From the IMG/VR virus record IMGVR_UViG_3300033148_003055, positions 17,559 through 81,558 of that record: a DNA stretch of 64,000 nt; one strand, written 5' to 3'. The translations under genes and the position numbers were made by a program. The DNA is from a virus. The notes under the pieces are model-generated. The model was not told the origin of the DNA, did no database searches, and saw only the letters and a list, made by a program, of their open reading frames with translations. Positions 1-9,151 of the stretch are shown in pieces (position 1 is the stretch's first letter; each line of letters begins with the position of its first letter).

Positions 1-2484
1 CGGGCCGTCGTGGACCCAGTACTTCCCGCCGTGCCACAGGTTCACCCAGCGAGGGGAGCCTTGAGGGAGGCCCGCCGCGATCCATTCCTCGAGGCCAGTC
101 CAGATTTCGTCGCCGTCGAGGAGGAGATGATAATTGCCTTGGAGCTTCGAGGTACCCCACGCCCGCATGGCCTTCTTGTTCGGCCAGACGTCGCGGACCT
201 CGAGTGTGATCTTGTTGTCTGGGTCGGGGAAGGCGCGAAGCCGGTCGAGGCTCCCGTCGTCGATCTCCGGAGCGAGGCGCACGCGCCCGAATGCGATCTT
301 GATCTCGTCGACGTGGGGGTAGATGGACTCGAGGCTCTGGGGGACGAAGCCCCAGTACGCGATCATGTGTGCTGAGACGTGACGCTCCCGGACGCCGAGG
401 AACGGGATGGCCTCGAGCTCGGCTCGCATCGTCGCGTGCCCGAACTTGGCGACGTGGGGGGCCGGGTCGATTACCTTCTTAGGCCGGGTGGCGTACTCCC
501 TGACCTTCTCGGTGAAGGCGTCTTCGTCCCCCCACGCCACGTACTCGAGCACGTCGCCGTACTCTTCCCTCATGACCGGAAGGTCGTACACGAGCGCGGG
601 CGTCCCACTGCACAACGCTTCCATTGGGACCATCCCGAACCCCTCGAACTTCGACGGCGCCAGCGCCATGTGCGCCGCGCGGAGCAGGGCGTACTTCTCG
701 ACATCCGGGCGGTTGGGGTAGGTGTAGAGCTTGTGGAGGGCGGTCTCGGGAAGCTTGCAGTTGGGGTGCCCGAAGGTGACGATGTCGAACGGAACGTCCA
801 GAGCCCAGATCGCCTTCATCGCAATGTCGCCGCCCTTGTACTTCGACGGCCTCGCCGACCAGAGGGCGAACGGGCGGGTCGGCAGCTCCACGTCCGCCGT
901 CTTCGACATCTCGAGGGCGTACGTGTTGACCTTCGGCGCGTTGACGTATACAGGCTTGTCGGTCTCGAGCCATTTCTGAAGGTACCTGCCGGACTCCCTG
1001 GAGTTGGCGATGAGAGCGTCCGCGTCGGCGAAGTTCTCCTTCTCCTGCCCGCCGAGGGCGACGGCGTAGTCGGGGAGGAACTCGTGGACCCAGTTCGGCG
1101 TCTCGAAGTTCACGCAAGCGAACGGCCGTCCGCGAGCCTCCGCCCACTCCTGGGCCTTCTGCCCGAAGCCAACCTTGGAGTCGGTGATGGCAACGTCGAT
1201 GTCCTCAGGGATCGGGTCGACCCCACTGATGATGAGGTGGATGCGTTCGGTGGCGGCGTAGTCCTTCGCCCAGCGCGGAGCCCCGCCGGTGATCAGGAAT
1301 ACTTCGGCCCCGAGGTCGGCCGCCCAGGTGATCGCGTCCTGGTACATGTGAATGCGCCCGCCCGAGTAGCTGCCCGAGTTGGCGAGCCAGATTCCGAATC
1401 GTTTCGTGAACGTCCCGGCGAGGTCGCTGAAGGTATCCTCGAGCGCGTTGTCGTCGTCGAGGAGGAGGCCCTTCCGGGCGCGGAGCTGGTAGCGGTAGGT
1501 GTTGGTGCCCTGCTTCGCGGCCATCTTCGTCGACATGGAACTCTGCGTCCGACGGCACCAGGCGAGCCTTTGTTCAAGGGCGACGATCTGCCTCCCCTCC
1601 GTGGCCATCTCGAACCGCAGGAACATCGCGCAGTCGCCCGCGGGGATTTCCTTCTCTCTCCAACCGCCGACGTAGTCGTACAGGCTCTTCCGGTACGCCC
1701 GCACGCCGCACACGTAGCAGCCGTCCGATAGGATCGACCCGGAGCGGTAGAGAGGTTTGTCGAAGCGACGGAAGGCGAGGCCCTCCCCGACGGATGCCTG
1801 GTCCTCCTCGACGAACCAGTCCTCCGGTTGGAAGTTGGGGTGGAGGTGGTCGGCCGCGGCAAACATCATCGCCCCGCCATACACGAAGCTGTTCCCGGCC
1901 CGCATCGCGTTACGCATGAGACGCAACGCTCCGGGGCAGAGCAGGTCGTGGTCGTCCAGCTCGACGACCATCGCCTCGTCGGGCACGTGCGCCATCCCCG
2001 TGGTCCTCGGGACGTTCGGTGCGCCGGTGTGTTCAGGCAGCCCTTCCACGATGACCTTCGTGGTGATCGTTGAGCACGCTTTCTTCACGATCTTTGTGAC
2101 CTCGTCCAAACCCTCCGGCCCGTCGTTGATCACAACGATGCCGGCTGGCTCGAGGTCCTGGGCGACGAGAGACTTGAGGCACTGTCCAAGGTGGAGGCTA
2201 CGGTCGAACGTCGGAATCACAACCCAGATCGGGCCGGGGTCGGCCTTCGCGATCTTGTACTGGCCCGACGGCCGGGACGAACGCTTGGGTGTCGGGGTTG
2301 GGGTCGGGGTGGCAGTCTCGAGTTGCTTGCGACGGTGTGGGTCGACGCCACATTCGACCGCCTGCTTATTCGCGAGCAGGAGGTTGGCGTCGTCGTCAGT
2401 AATTCTACCAGGGGACCGAAGGACCGCGCCGACGGCGTAGGATTCGCCACCGACCTCGCAACTCTCGATGAGCTTGACTAGCAC
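1..2484 (-). CDS. Multi-domain glycosyltransferase (GT2 + GT4 + second GT-A domain), 3' end beyond the window edge
   Basis: Not in the ORF track because it has no stop in the window. Manual translation from GTG 2484 (RBS GAGGAGG) is open to base 1: IWVVIPTFDR...IVVINDG...ELDDHD (GT2), PSKFEGFGMVPMEAL (GT4 EX7E), LESIYPHVDEI...DDGSLD...LLDGDEIW (GT-A). Confidence 0.85.
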   Translation of the reverse strand, partial: MLVKLIESCEVGGESYAVGAVLRSPGRITDDDANLLLANKQAVECGVDPHRRKQLETATPTPTPTPKRSSRPSGQYKIAKADPGPIWVVIPTFDRSLHLGQCLKSLVAQDLEPAGIVVINDGPEGLDEVTKIVKKACSTITTKVIVEGLPEHTGAPNVPRTTGMAHVPDEAMVVELDDHDLLCPGALRLMRNAMRAGNSFVYGGAMMFAAADHLHPNFQPEDWFVEEDQASVGEGLAFRRFDKPLYRSGSILSDGCYVCGVRAYRKSLYDYVGGWREKEIPAGDCAMFLRFEMATEGRQIVALEQRLAWCRRTQSSMSTKMAAKQGTNTYRYQLRARKGLLLDDDNALEDTFSDLAGTFTKRFGIWLANSGSYSGGRIHMYQDAITWAADLGAEVFLITGGAPRWAKDYAATERIHLIISGVDPIPEDIDVAITDSKVGFGQKAQEWAEARGRPFACVNFETPNWVHEFLPDYAVALGGQEKENFADADALIANSRESGRYLQKWLETDKPVYVNAPKVNTYALEMSKTADVELPTRPFALWSARPSKYKGGDIAMKAIWALDVPFDIVTFGHPNCKLPETALHKLYTYPNRPDVEKYALLRAAHMALAPSKFEGFGMVPMEALCSGTPALVYDLPVMREEYGDVLEYVAWGDEDAFTEKVREYATRPKKVIDPAPHVAKFGHATMRAELEAIPFLGVRERHVSAHMIAYWGFVPQSLESIYPHVDEIKIAFGRVRLAPEIDDGSLDRLRAFPDPDNKITLEVRDVWPNKKAMRAWGTSKLQGNYHLLLDGDEIWTGLEEWIAAGLPQGSPRWVNLWHGGKYWVHDGP

Positions 2485-2502
2485 TAGACCCCTCCTCGCT
2501 TA

Positions 2503-2538
2503 GGGGTGGGCGGGGCGGCGAGATTGCCGCCCCAACCC
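2503..2538 (-). terminator. GC-rich hairpin after major capsid gene
   Basis: GGGGCGGC...GCCGCCCC inverted repeat just downstream of the capsid stop; no U-tract, so function uncertain. Confidence 0.4.
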
Positions 2539-2557
2539 AGGTTTGCTACATCACGGC

Positions 2558-3703
2558 TTAGACGCCCGTGATGTCCTTGCCGAGCGCGAAGGCGTCTTCG
2601 AGCGCGACCTTTCCGTCGAAGCGGCCGACCATCTTGACGCCGGTCGTGCCCTGCTCCCAGAAGCGTCCGCCGGACTCCGTGGAGAAGTCGAGCTTCATGC
2701 GGTCGAACCACATGTAGGACATCAGGTCACCGAGGTAGAGGACGTCGGTGGCGAAGTCGTCCTGACGCGAGTAAGCGAATCCTGCGATCGTTGCGGGCTG
2801 ACCCTCAACGATACCCCGCTCGAAGATCGGGCGGTTCTGAAGGTCGACGAGACCTGCGATCTCATCGATAACGCTCGTGTTTCCGATCCAGCGAGCATTC
2901 TTCCGGTACTTGGCCGGAAGCTTCTTCTTGATCTCGATCAGGCCAGCATACGTGATGCTGTTCGAGAGCGAGACGGACTGGGTGATCGTCGCCGAAGCGA
3001 TACCGGTCGGCTGCGTGGTGCCAGCGCCGATTGCGACCATCTTGTCCTGTTCCTCGATCAGTCCCTGGGTGAAGAGACGCGTGACGTCGGCGATGACGTT
3101 GATCGGGGAATCCTGCAGGAGGTAGTAGGAAACCTCGGTGAACAGATAGCACTCGTACGCGGTGAACGTGATCTGGCCGTAGGCCGGATCGCTCGCCGTG
3201 TAGGCAGCTGCCTCTGTGCGGTTCCAGCGCCGCGTTACCGCGGAGCCTTCCTTGGGGACCGTGCCCGTGTCGCTCGTCACCGGAACCCGGCGAACGTGCG
3301 GCATGAGCTCGGAGAAGTCTCCCGCCTTCTCGATCATCTGGGCGATGTACTCGACGGGCGTGAGGTCCGCTCCTTCGGTGCTCTCTGTGAGGGCCTTCTG
3401 GCGAATGTCCTCGACGTACGGCAGCGTGCTGTTGAGCCACGACTGCTTGGCGAGCATCTGGGCCTTGGCGATGTGAACCGCCTGGTCCGGGCCCTGCTTG
3501 CCGGCGAGCACCTTGTAGAGGTACCACTGGCCGAGCAGCTGCTCGGGCGTCAGGTCATTGATGCCCTTCTTCTCGGCACCGAAGACCATCTCGACGCGCT
3601 TGTCCTTGTTCATCGCAGCTGCCTTCTTCTCGATCTCGCTCGCCACCATCTTGGGGATGGAGTCTGCGATCTCGCCGAGCGCTGCCTTCAGCTTCTCATT
3701 CAT
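2558..3703 (-). CDS. Major capsid protein, HK97 fold
   Basis: 381 aa; GADLTPVEY, GAGTTQPTGI, YRKNARW, LVDLQNRPIF, LYLGDL, GRFDGKV motifs; follows protease and portal. Confidence 0.93.
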   Translation of the reverse strand: MNEKLKAALGEIADSIPKMVASEIEKKAAAMNKDKRVEMVFGAEKKGINDLTPEQLLGQWYLYKVLAGKQGPDQAVHIAKAQMLAKQSWLNSTLPYVEDIRQKALTESTEGADLTPVEYIAQMIEKAGDFSELMPHVRRVPVTSDTGTVPKEGSAVTRRWNRTEAAAYTASDPAYGQITFTAYECYLFTEVSYYLLQDSPINVIADVTRLFTQGLIEEQDKMVAIGAGTTQPTGIASATITQSVSLSNSITYAGLIEIKKKLPAKYRKNARWIGNTSVIDEIAGLVDLQNRPIFERGIVEGQPATIAGFAYSRQDDFATDVLYLGDLMSYMWFDRMKLDFSTESGGRFWEQGTTGVKMVGRFDGKVALEDAFALGKDITGV

Positions 3704-3791
3704 GTCGGGTCCTTCCGTTCTCCTCGCAAGTTGTTGTCGTCGTCGGTGGCCTGCGACTTTCAGCCCGGAGGGCCTGCGCCTTTCAGCCTTC

Positions 3792-5336
3792 TTAGTCGAG
3801 CACGCGACCGAGGTGCTTGTCGATCTCGCGCTTTACCGTCTCCACGATCCGCTCCTTCAGGTCCGCGGCGAACTCCTTGGCCTCGTCGTCGGTGACCTCG
3901 TCGTCGTCTTCCGGTTCCTCGTGTCCGGCATCCTTATCGGTTGCTGGGGGTGCCTCCTTCAAGCCGATCTTGTCACGAAGTTCGACAAGCCTCTCGAGGG
4001 TCTCGGCCGTCTCCTTCATCTCGTCCCGCAGTTCGACGAGCGCGACCTTGGCCTGGGTGGTGTCGAGCTCGAGTTCGGCCTTGATGACTGCGACCCGTTC
4101 GTTGACCTGATCTTCGACGTAGTCAATGATCGCATCGGCAGCTTCGTCGCTTACACCGAAGGTGTCCTGGAGGCCCTGGCGAAGTGCTTCCTCGGCGTCG
4201 TCTTCAGCATCGCTCCCGTCGTCGGTCTCCTCGTCTTCGCCATCGTCGTCGTCTGCTTCGGGCTCGTCGACCGTGTCGCCGTCGGCGGGCTTCCCTTCGT
4301 CCTCCGGGTCGGTCTCAACCGCACTGTCATCGGACGCGGGTTCCTCAGGCGCGGCTTCGCCTTCGTCGTCCCCCGCGTCCGTTTCCCCCTCGGAGTCCTC
4401 GACCGGTTCGGCGGACCCGTCGGCCTCGTCGCCTTCTGCGGGAGCTCCATCGCCACTGGGCGCGGGGGTCGCGTCGGGAGTCTCCTCGGGGGTGCCACCC
4501 TCATCGGGCTCCGGCGCATTGGTCTCTTCCGGTGTCTCTATGACGTCGTCGGCATCCTTGCCGGTGCCGGGGCGCTTCGCCCTCCGCATCTCGCCACCGC
4601 ACTCCGGGCACTCGATCTCGCGGCAGTGTTCGTCGGACGACATCTTGTGCCCACAGTCCAGGCACTCGCATTCGTACTTCATCTCCTCGTCCTCCTCGCT
4701 CTTGATCCCCTTCTCTCTCATCTCGTGCGCCCAGTCAGCGACGGACTTGACGACGTCCGCCGTTGTGCCGGTATGCATGGCGTTGGTCAAGGCGCTGGGG
4801 CAGGCGCCGACGGTGACGGCGGACAGCTCGAGGAGTTCCCACGACTTGATGTCAACCGGACCCCACAACTCTCCGTCACTGTCCTTGTCGCCTTCGATGG
4901 CGTCCCACTTGAGCGGGATGAAGCCGATACTCCAGGCGCTCATGAAGCCGTTCTTGTACAGGTAGAGGAGTTCCATTCCGAGAGCGGTCTCGGCGAACTT
5001 GACCTTGGCGGTCACAGAACCGGCACCCTTCTTGATGGAGCCCTTAACGACCTTCCCGACGGCGGGCAGATCGTTGCGGTGACCGAAGAGGACCACCGAG
5101 TTCTTCCGGTAGTTCTGGAGCTTGGCTCCGCTGGAGCGAACGATGTCGCCGTGGCGGTCGGTCTCGGTCGCGGTCATGGTGACCTCGATCTCGTCCTCCG
5201 CCAGGCCCGCGCCCTTCGTTCGAATCGACGGGGTGATCGTCATTGCGATCATGTCCGGACCGCGGTGCTCCGCCCCCTTGCACTCCCGCTGGAACCGGGC
5301 GACCAGCTCCTTGCGTTCCGTCATGTTAATGTCCAT
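3792..5336 (-). CDS. Prohead maturation protease (HK97 type) with Zn-ribbon and acidic scaffold-like extension
   Basis: DRHGDIV, VVLFGH, AWSIGFIP, ELLELSAVTVGACPSA; then CxCxxC...CxxC and a D/E-rich linker. Confidence 0.9.
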   Translation of the reverse strand: MDINMTERKELVARFQRECKGAEHRGPDMIAMTITPSIRTKGAGLAEDEIEVTMTATETDRHGDIVRSSGAKLQNYRKNSVVLFGHRNDLPAVGKVVKGSIKKGAGSVTAKVKFAETALGMELLYLYKNGFMSAWSIGFIPLKWDAIEGDKDSDGELWGPVDIKSWELLELSAVTVGACPSALTNAMHTGTTADVVKSVADWAHEMREKGIKSEEDEEMKYECECLDCGHKMSSDEHCREIECPECGGEMRRAKRPGTGKDADDVIETPEETNAPEPDEGGTPEETPDATPAPSGDGAPAEGDEADGSAEPVEDSEGETDAGDDEGEAAPEEPASDDSAVETDPEDEGKPADGDTVDEPEADDDDGEDEETDDGSDAEDDAEEALRQGLQDTFGVSDEAADAIIDYVEDQVNERVAVIKAELELDTTQAKVALVELRDEMKETAETLERLVELRDKIGLKEAPPATDKDAGHEEPEDDDEVTDDEAKEFAADLKERIVETVKREIDKHLGRVLD

Positions 5337-5343
5337 CTTCCCC

Positions 5344-7506
5344 TCAACCTTCCTGCTCTTGGATGAGCTTATCGAACGCGGCGAGCTCCCGCTTGCCCTG
5401 ATCCCGGAATGACTTCGACATGGTCGTCTTCATCGAGGCGTAGCCTCTGCTCTGCACGCCCTCCGCGATGACGGCGTGGGCGAACTTGACCTCGTACGAG
5501 GCGCCCTTGTTCTTGTAGACCCCGAGGGCGGTGCAGTTGCAGTTGACCGTCTCGGCGGGCGAGCCGCTGAAGTCGCCAGGCCTGAACAGCACTGAATCCC
5601 CTACGTTGAAATAGCCGTCGTTCTTCACGACCTGACCGTTCGCCGAGGCGTGCGTGTCTCGGGTGTTGACGAAGATCGCAGACCACTCCTTGTACGGCAC
5701 CTTCATAGCCGTCCGCACGTCCTGGCTCGCGGCGTTCTGGGCGTCGGTGGCCTCGGTGCGCGCGATGCGGTCGGCCCGGTAGTCGGACTGGCCCTTGTAG
5801 ACCTCCTTGACCCTGTCCCTCAACTGTTGCCACGTCTCGCCAGCCTCAAGGCCCTGGGCGAGCGTCGCGGACAGCTTGGCCCGCGTGGAGGCGAGCAGGT
5901 CGTCGAAGTACTCCAGGTCCTTGCCCTCGAGGTACTCCGTGATGAACGGGTCGAAGTCGGGGATGTCCTCGGCCCCGGGGACGTTCGCCATCTCGAGGTC
6001 CCAGCCGCCCTTGAAGACGGTGCGGTACCGAGGCGTCATGACCCCGGACATCGTCGCCGCCTCTTCGGACCAATCCAGCGAGCCCGCGACCCAGACGTCC
6101 GGGCGGAAGCCTCCGGCGGGATCGTCAAGGCCCTTCTGTTGCTCCGGAGCGTTGGTTGCTCCGGAGGGATTCGAACCCCCGTGACGCGGTCCAGGGCCGC
6201 GCATCTTGCCGCTAGATGACGGAGCAACCGTCGTCTCTGTCTCTTCCGGTATCCCGGTGTCTGCGATGGGGATGAGCCGGTTGTTGACCATGAGCGCGTC
6301 GGCGTTCTCATCCTGCGACGGCTCCACTCCGATCTGCTCACGGGCCTCGTTGCGGGAGATGATCCCGGCGTCCACATCCTCCTTGCGGCGGGTGTGCATA
6401 GCCTGCTCGTCAAGTGGGATGACCGAGTCGAACTCGCAGAAGAGGCGCTCGTCGAACGCCTGGCACACCTCGATGGTCAGGAGGTCCTGCCACTGACGGA
6501 GCAGGGGCGTGACCGTGTTCGACTTGAAGCCGTAGTCGGCGGACGCAGACGACGCCCGGTTGGCGTCCTTCAGGATGCCGAGGATCGCCTCCGACACTCC
6601 GTACACCCCGAGCAGCTCTTCGCGGTTCGCCTGGCTCGACTCGAGGTAGTTCATTTCCTTCGGCGACATGCGCCACGGCGTAGCCGTCAGGCCACCACCC
6701 AGGAGCAGGGACTTGCCGGCGTTGGCCGAGCCCTCGTACTTCGCCCGGAGCTGGGTGCGGATACGCTCGATCTGCTCCTTGCCGAGCTCCTGTTCGGAGG
6801 TGATGAGGAGCGACGGGTCGGCGCCCTGGGAGAAGGTCTTGTCCTGAGACTCGTGGATGGCCCGGTGGACGTTGACGGCCTCGGTGGCGGCCTGCAACGG
6901 ACTGACCCCGTACACCTCACTCTGCGGATCGGGGTAGAGCCCGTGTCCTACCTGATCGGCGTCGAAGGTCTTGCGGTTCCCGAAGCTGATGTTGTACTGG
7001 AACTGCGGCTCCCCGCCGACGCCGACGGAGATGTCGACCTTGTCGGGGAGGAGAATCCAGAGCTTGTCGATCCGCCCGAGCCCCTCGCGATCCTTGAGGA
7101 AGTAGCAGTCCCCGGTGAGGTCGAGGTAGACCTGCTGCTTGTATATCCACTGCCACCACGTCTGGAGCGGGTTGGGCCGATTGAGAAGCTGAACGACGCG
7201 CCCGGCTCCGGCTTCGTTCGCCACAACCTCGCGCCGGTCCCCGTCCGGGAGGCGGACGTAGACCCGCAGCTTGGCCTGGGCGACGGCGGTGGCACGGGCG
7301 TTGACCGCGGCGTATATCCAGTGCTTGAAGTGCTTGAGTTGCTCGGCGGGGTCCTGGTTCTCTGATAGGCGCGTGCCAGAGTTCCCGCTGAACGCCTCGA
7401 GGAGCCCGGCCCCAGGACCGCCTCCCGTAATGCTGGTGACCGCCTTCCCCTTTGCGTCAACCCCCCGGAGGTAATCGAGCGCCCTGCGGATGATCGACCT
7501 CGGCAT
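5344..7506 (-). CDS. Portal protein (HK97 family) fused to a Mu gpF/SPP1 gp7-like head morphogenesis domain
   Basis: LLNRPNPLQT, LDLTGDCY, YGVSPL, ISRNEAREQIG; C-terminal RADRIARTE, KEW, TRDTH, ETVNCNC; ATG 7506 overlaps the upstream stop. Confidence 0.9.
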   Translation of the reverse strand: MPRSIIRRALDYLRGVDAKGKAVTSITGGGPGAGLLEAFSGNSGTRLSENQDPAEQLKHFKHWIYAAVNARATAVAQAKLRVYVRLPDGDRREVVANEAGAGRVVQLLNRPNPLQTWWQWIYKQQVYLDLTGDCYFLKDREGLGRIDKLWILLPDKVDISVGVGGEPQFQYNISFGNRKTFDADQVGHGLYPDPQSEVYGVSPLQAATEAVNVHRAIHESQDKTFSQGADPSLLITSEQELGKEQIERIRTQLRAKYEGSANAGKSLLLGGGLTATPWRMSPKEMNYLESSQANREELLGVYGVSEAILGILKDANRASSASADYGFKSNTVTPLLRQWQDLLTIEVCQAFDERLFCEFDSVIPLDEQAMHTRRKEDVDAGIISRNEAREQIGVEPSQDENADALMVNNRLIPIADTGIPEETETTVAPSSSGKMRGPGPRHGGSNPSGATNAPEQQKGLDDPAGGFRPDVWVAGSLDWSEEAATMSGVMTPRYRTVFKGGWDLEMANVPGAEDIPDFDPFITEYLEGKDLEYFDDLLASTRAKLSATLAQGLEAGETWQQLRDRVKEVYKGQSDYRADRIARTEATDAQNAASQDVRTAMKVPYKEWSAIFVNTRDTHASANGQVVKNDGYFNVGDSVLFRPGDFSGSPAETVNCNCTALGVYKNKGASYEVKFAHAVIAEGVQSRGYASMKTTMSKSFRDQGKRELAAFDKLIQEQEG

Positions 7507-7628
7507 TACTTCTTCTCCTTGAGGTCGCGGATGGCCCTGTAGATCAGCCACATCATCGCGACCTGGACGAACGGGATAAACGGCGAAACCGCCGCGACCA
7601 TCATCTCGAATAGCGAGGGCTGGGGCAT
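7506..7628 (-). CDS. Small single-TM membrane peptide
   Basis: MPQPSLFEMMVAAVSPFIPFVQVAMMWLIYRAIRDLKEKK; coupled to neighbours. Confidence 0.5.
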   Translation of the reverse strand: MPQPSLFEMMVAAVSPFIPFVQVAMMWLIYRAIRDLKEKK

Positions 7629-7807
7629 CACTTGAGCATCACCCTTCGGGGCTCGCGATCGGGATCGGGGCGGACCTCGCCAGACCCTCGGTGGCAGACC
7701 GAGCACGTCAGGATGCTGGCAGTCTTCGTCGTGACCAGGGTCGTCTTCCCACCGCAGAAGCGACAGGTCCCGTTACGATGGATCGTTGCTACCTTCGGGT
7801 TCGTCAT
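7628..7807 (-). CDS. Small Zn-ribbon protein
   Basis: CRFC...CSVC motifs. Confidence 0.45.
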   Translation of the reverse strand: MTNPKVATIHRNGTCRFCGGKTTLVTTKTASILTCSVCHRGSGEVRPDPDREPRRVMLK

Positions 7808-8099
7808 CCGGTTCTCCAATCACGTCTCGCTCGATGGCCTGGAACTGCTCGAACCCCTTCCGCGTCATCGACGGCTCCGCGCCTGTGACGATGTCGATGA
7901 GGTGGTTGGTCAGCAGCGTGTCGAATTCCTCCAGGTCTACGCACTCGACCCACCCGTCGGTGAGCCCGAACACCCGGCCGCTGTAGCCGAGCATGTAGAT
8001 ACGCCGGGGTCTGTCTTCGTCTTCCATGCGCTCGTTCACGCGGAGGACTTCGACGGACTCTATGCTGGCGAGCTCTGCGATGAATTCGCGCTCGGTCAT
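7773..8099 (-). CDS. Hypothetical protein
   Basis: 108 aa with RBS and phage-like composition. Confidence 0.6.
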   Translation of the reverse strand: MTEREFIAELASIESVEVLRVNERMEDEDRPRRIYMLGYSGRVFGLTDGWVECVDLEEFDTLLTNHLIDIVTGAEPSMTRKGFEQFQAIERDVIGEPDDEPEGSNDPS

Positions 8100-8191
8100 A
8101 TCACCCCCTTATCGGTACGGGAGCGATTTGATTTCAAGGGGTTTTACGAAGCGCCCCCGACCAGGACGATCGGGGGAGTGGGGTGATTCTA

Positions 8192-8377
8192 CTATCGGTT
8201 CGAGATTGCCGCTTCGATAGCGGCCCGAACCTCCTCGTTCTTCTCTTGATCCAGGCTCATGTTAAAGCACTGCCCCCGTTCCTTGCCCTGGTCGTCCGTC
8301 CAGAACAGGGTATAGAAGTAGCGCCCGGTCCCGTCCGGCCCTCTATGAATTTCAGCGCGGATTGTTTTCTTACGCAT
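8192..8377 (-). CDS. Hypothetical protein
   Basis: 61 aa, GAGGA RBS. Confidence 0.55.
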   Translation of the reverse strand: MRKKTIRAEIHRGPDGTGRYFYTLFWTDDQGKERGQCFNMSLDQEKNEEVRAAIEAAISNR

Positions 8378-8386
8378 TTGGTTTCC

Positions 8387-8647
8387 TCACATCATGACGG
8401 TGATGGTTTTCACGCAGTCGCCAAGGTCGCTAACGGCCTGCTTCGGCAGCTGGACGCCGAGTCTGCGCGCCGACTCTACGGCGTCCAACACTTCCTCGAA
8501 GGCCTTGGTCAGTCTGGTCTTGGCCGTCTCGCGCATAAAGGAGGAGTAGCACTTGCCGCAGATGCTATCGTGCATTCCTTTTTCGCAGGCAGCCAACTTG
8601 ACGCCACACGTGCTGCAGGTCTCTTCGGTCTTCGTCTTGGTCGTCAT
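8387..8647 (-). CDS. Hypothetical protein with CxxC pairs
   Basis: CSTC...CGKC; GAGGAG RBS. Confidence 0.6.
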   Translation of the reverse strand: MTTKTKTEETCSTCGVKLAACEKGMHDSICGKCYSSFMRETAKTRLTKAFEEVLDAVESARRLGVQLPKQAVSDLGDCVKTITVMM

Positions 8648-8723
8648 GGTTTTGTTCTCCTCAGCGTCCCACCACGGGCCGCCACTCCCGACCCCCCCTT
8701 CCAGAGGGGGCGGGGTGGGGGTC

Positions 8724-8942
8724 CTAGATGGTGATGGACTCGATGGCCTTCTCCACGGCCTTGGAGGCGCGGTGGCAGGTGCTGCGAGTGGCGGGGTCGA
8801 GCTCGGCAGCGTCGGCCTTCATCTCGGTGTAGTCGTTGACGATGAACTTGAGAAGGAGGATGTCCTTGGCAGTGAGCGTCACGTTCTTCGTTACGTCGAT
8901 CATGATTCCGGTCTCCTTGGTTGCGGTCGTTGTGTTGTTCAT
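8724..8942 (-). CDS. Small early-type hypothetical protein
   Basis: 72 aa directly downstream of a sigma70-like promoter. Confidence 0.6.
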   Translation of the reverse strand: MNNTTTATKETGIMIDVTKNVTLTAKDILLLKFIVNDYTEMKADAAELDPATRSTCHRASKAVEKAIESITI

Positions 8943-8965
8943 TTCTCTGTCCCCTATCTACTAGT

Positions 8966-9025
8966 AATATACACCATCTATCGGCGGATGCAAGGACAAA
9001 ATCCACGGATTCTGAAAATAATTTT
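8966..9025 (-). promoter_or_regulatory. Sigma70-type promoter (repeat copy 1)
   Basis: TTGCAT-16 nt-TATATT with AT-rich upstream element; homologous to 53681-53740. Confidence 0.7.
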
Positions 9026-9151
9026 AATGGCCCGTAGACCCCTGTACGAGGCATTCTACGGGGGTCACGGCCTGAGGCCCTGATGGGGAATCCGTGGACT
9101 CCTCACGATGGGGGCGTCTCGGGCGGTCATCCGGACGCCACGCCCGGGACC

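Noticed and set aside
379-5366. Long plus-strand ORFs (379-1731, 2543-3895, 3558-5366 and similar throughout)
   Set aside because: Antisense shadows of GC-rich minus-strand genes with no motifs
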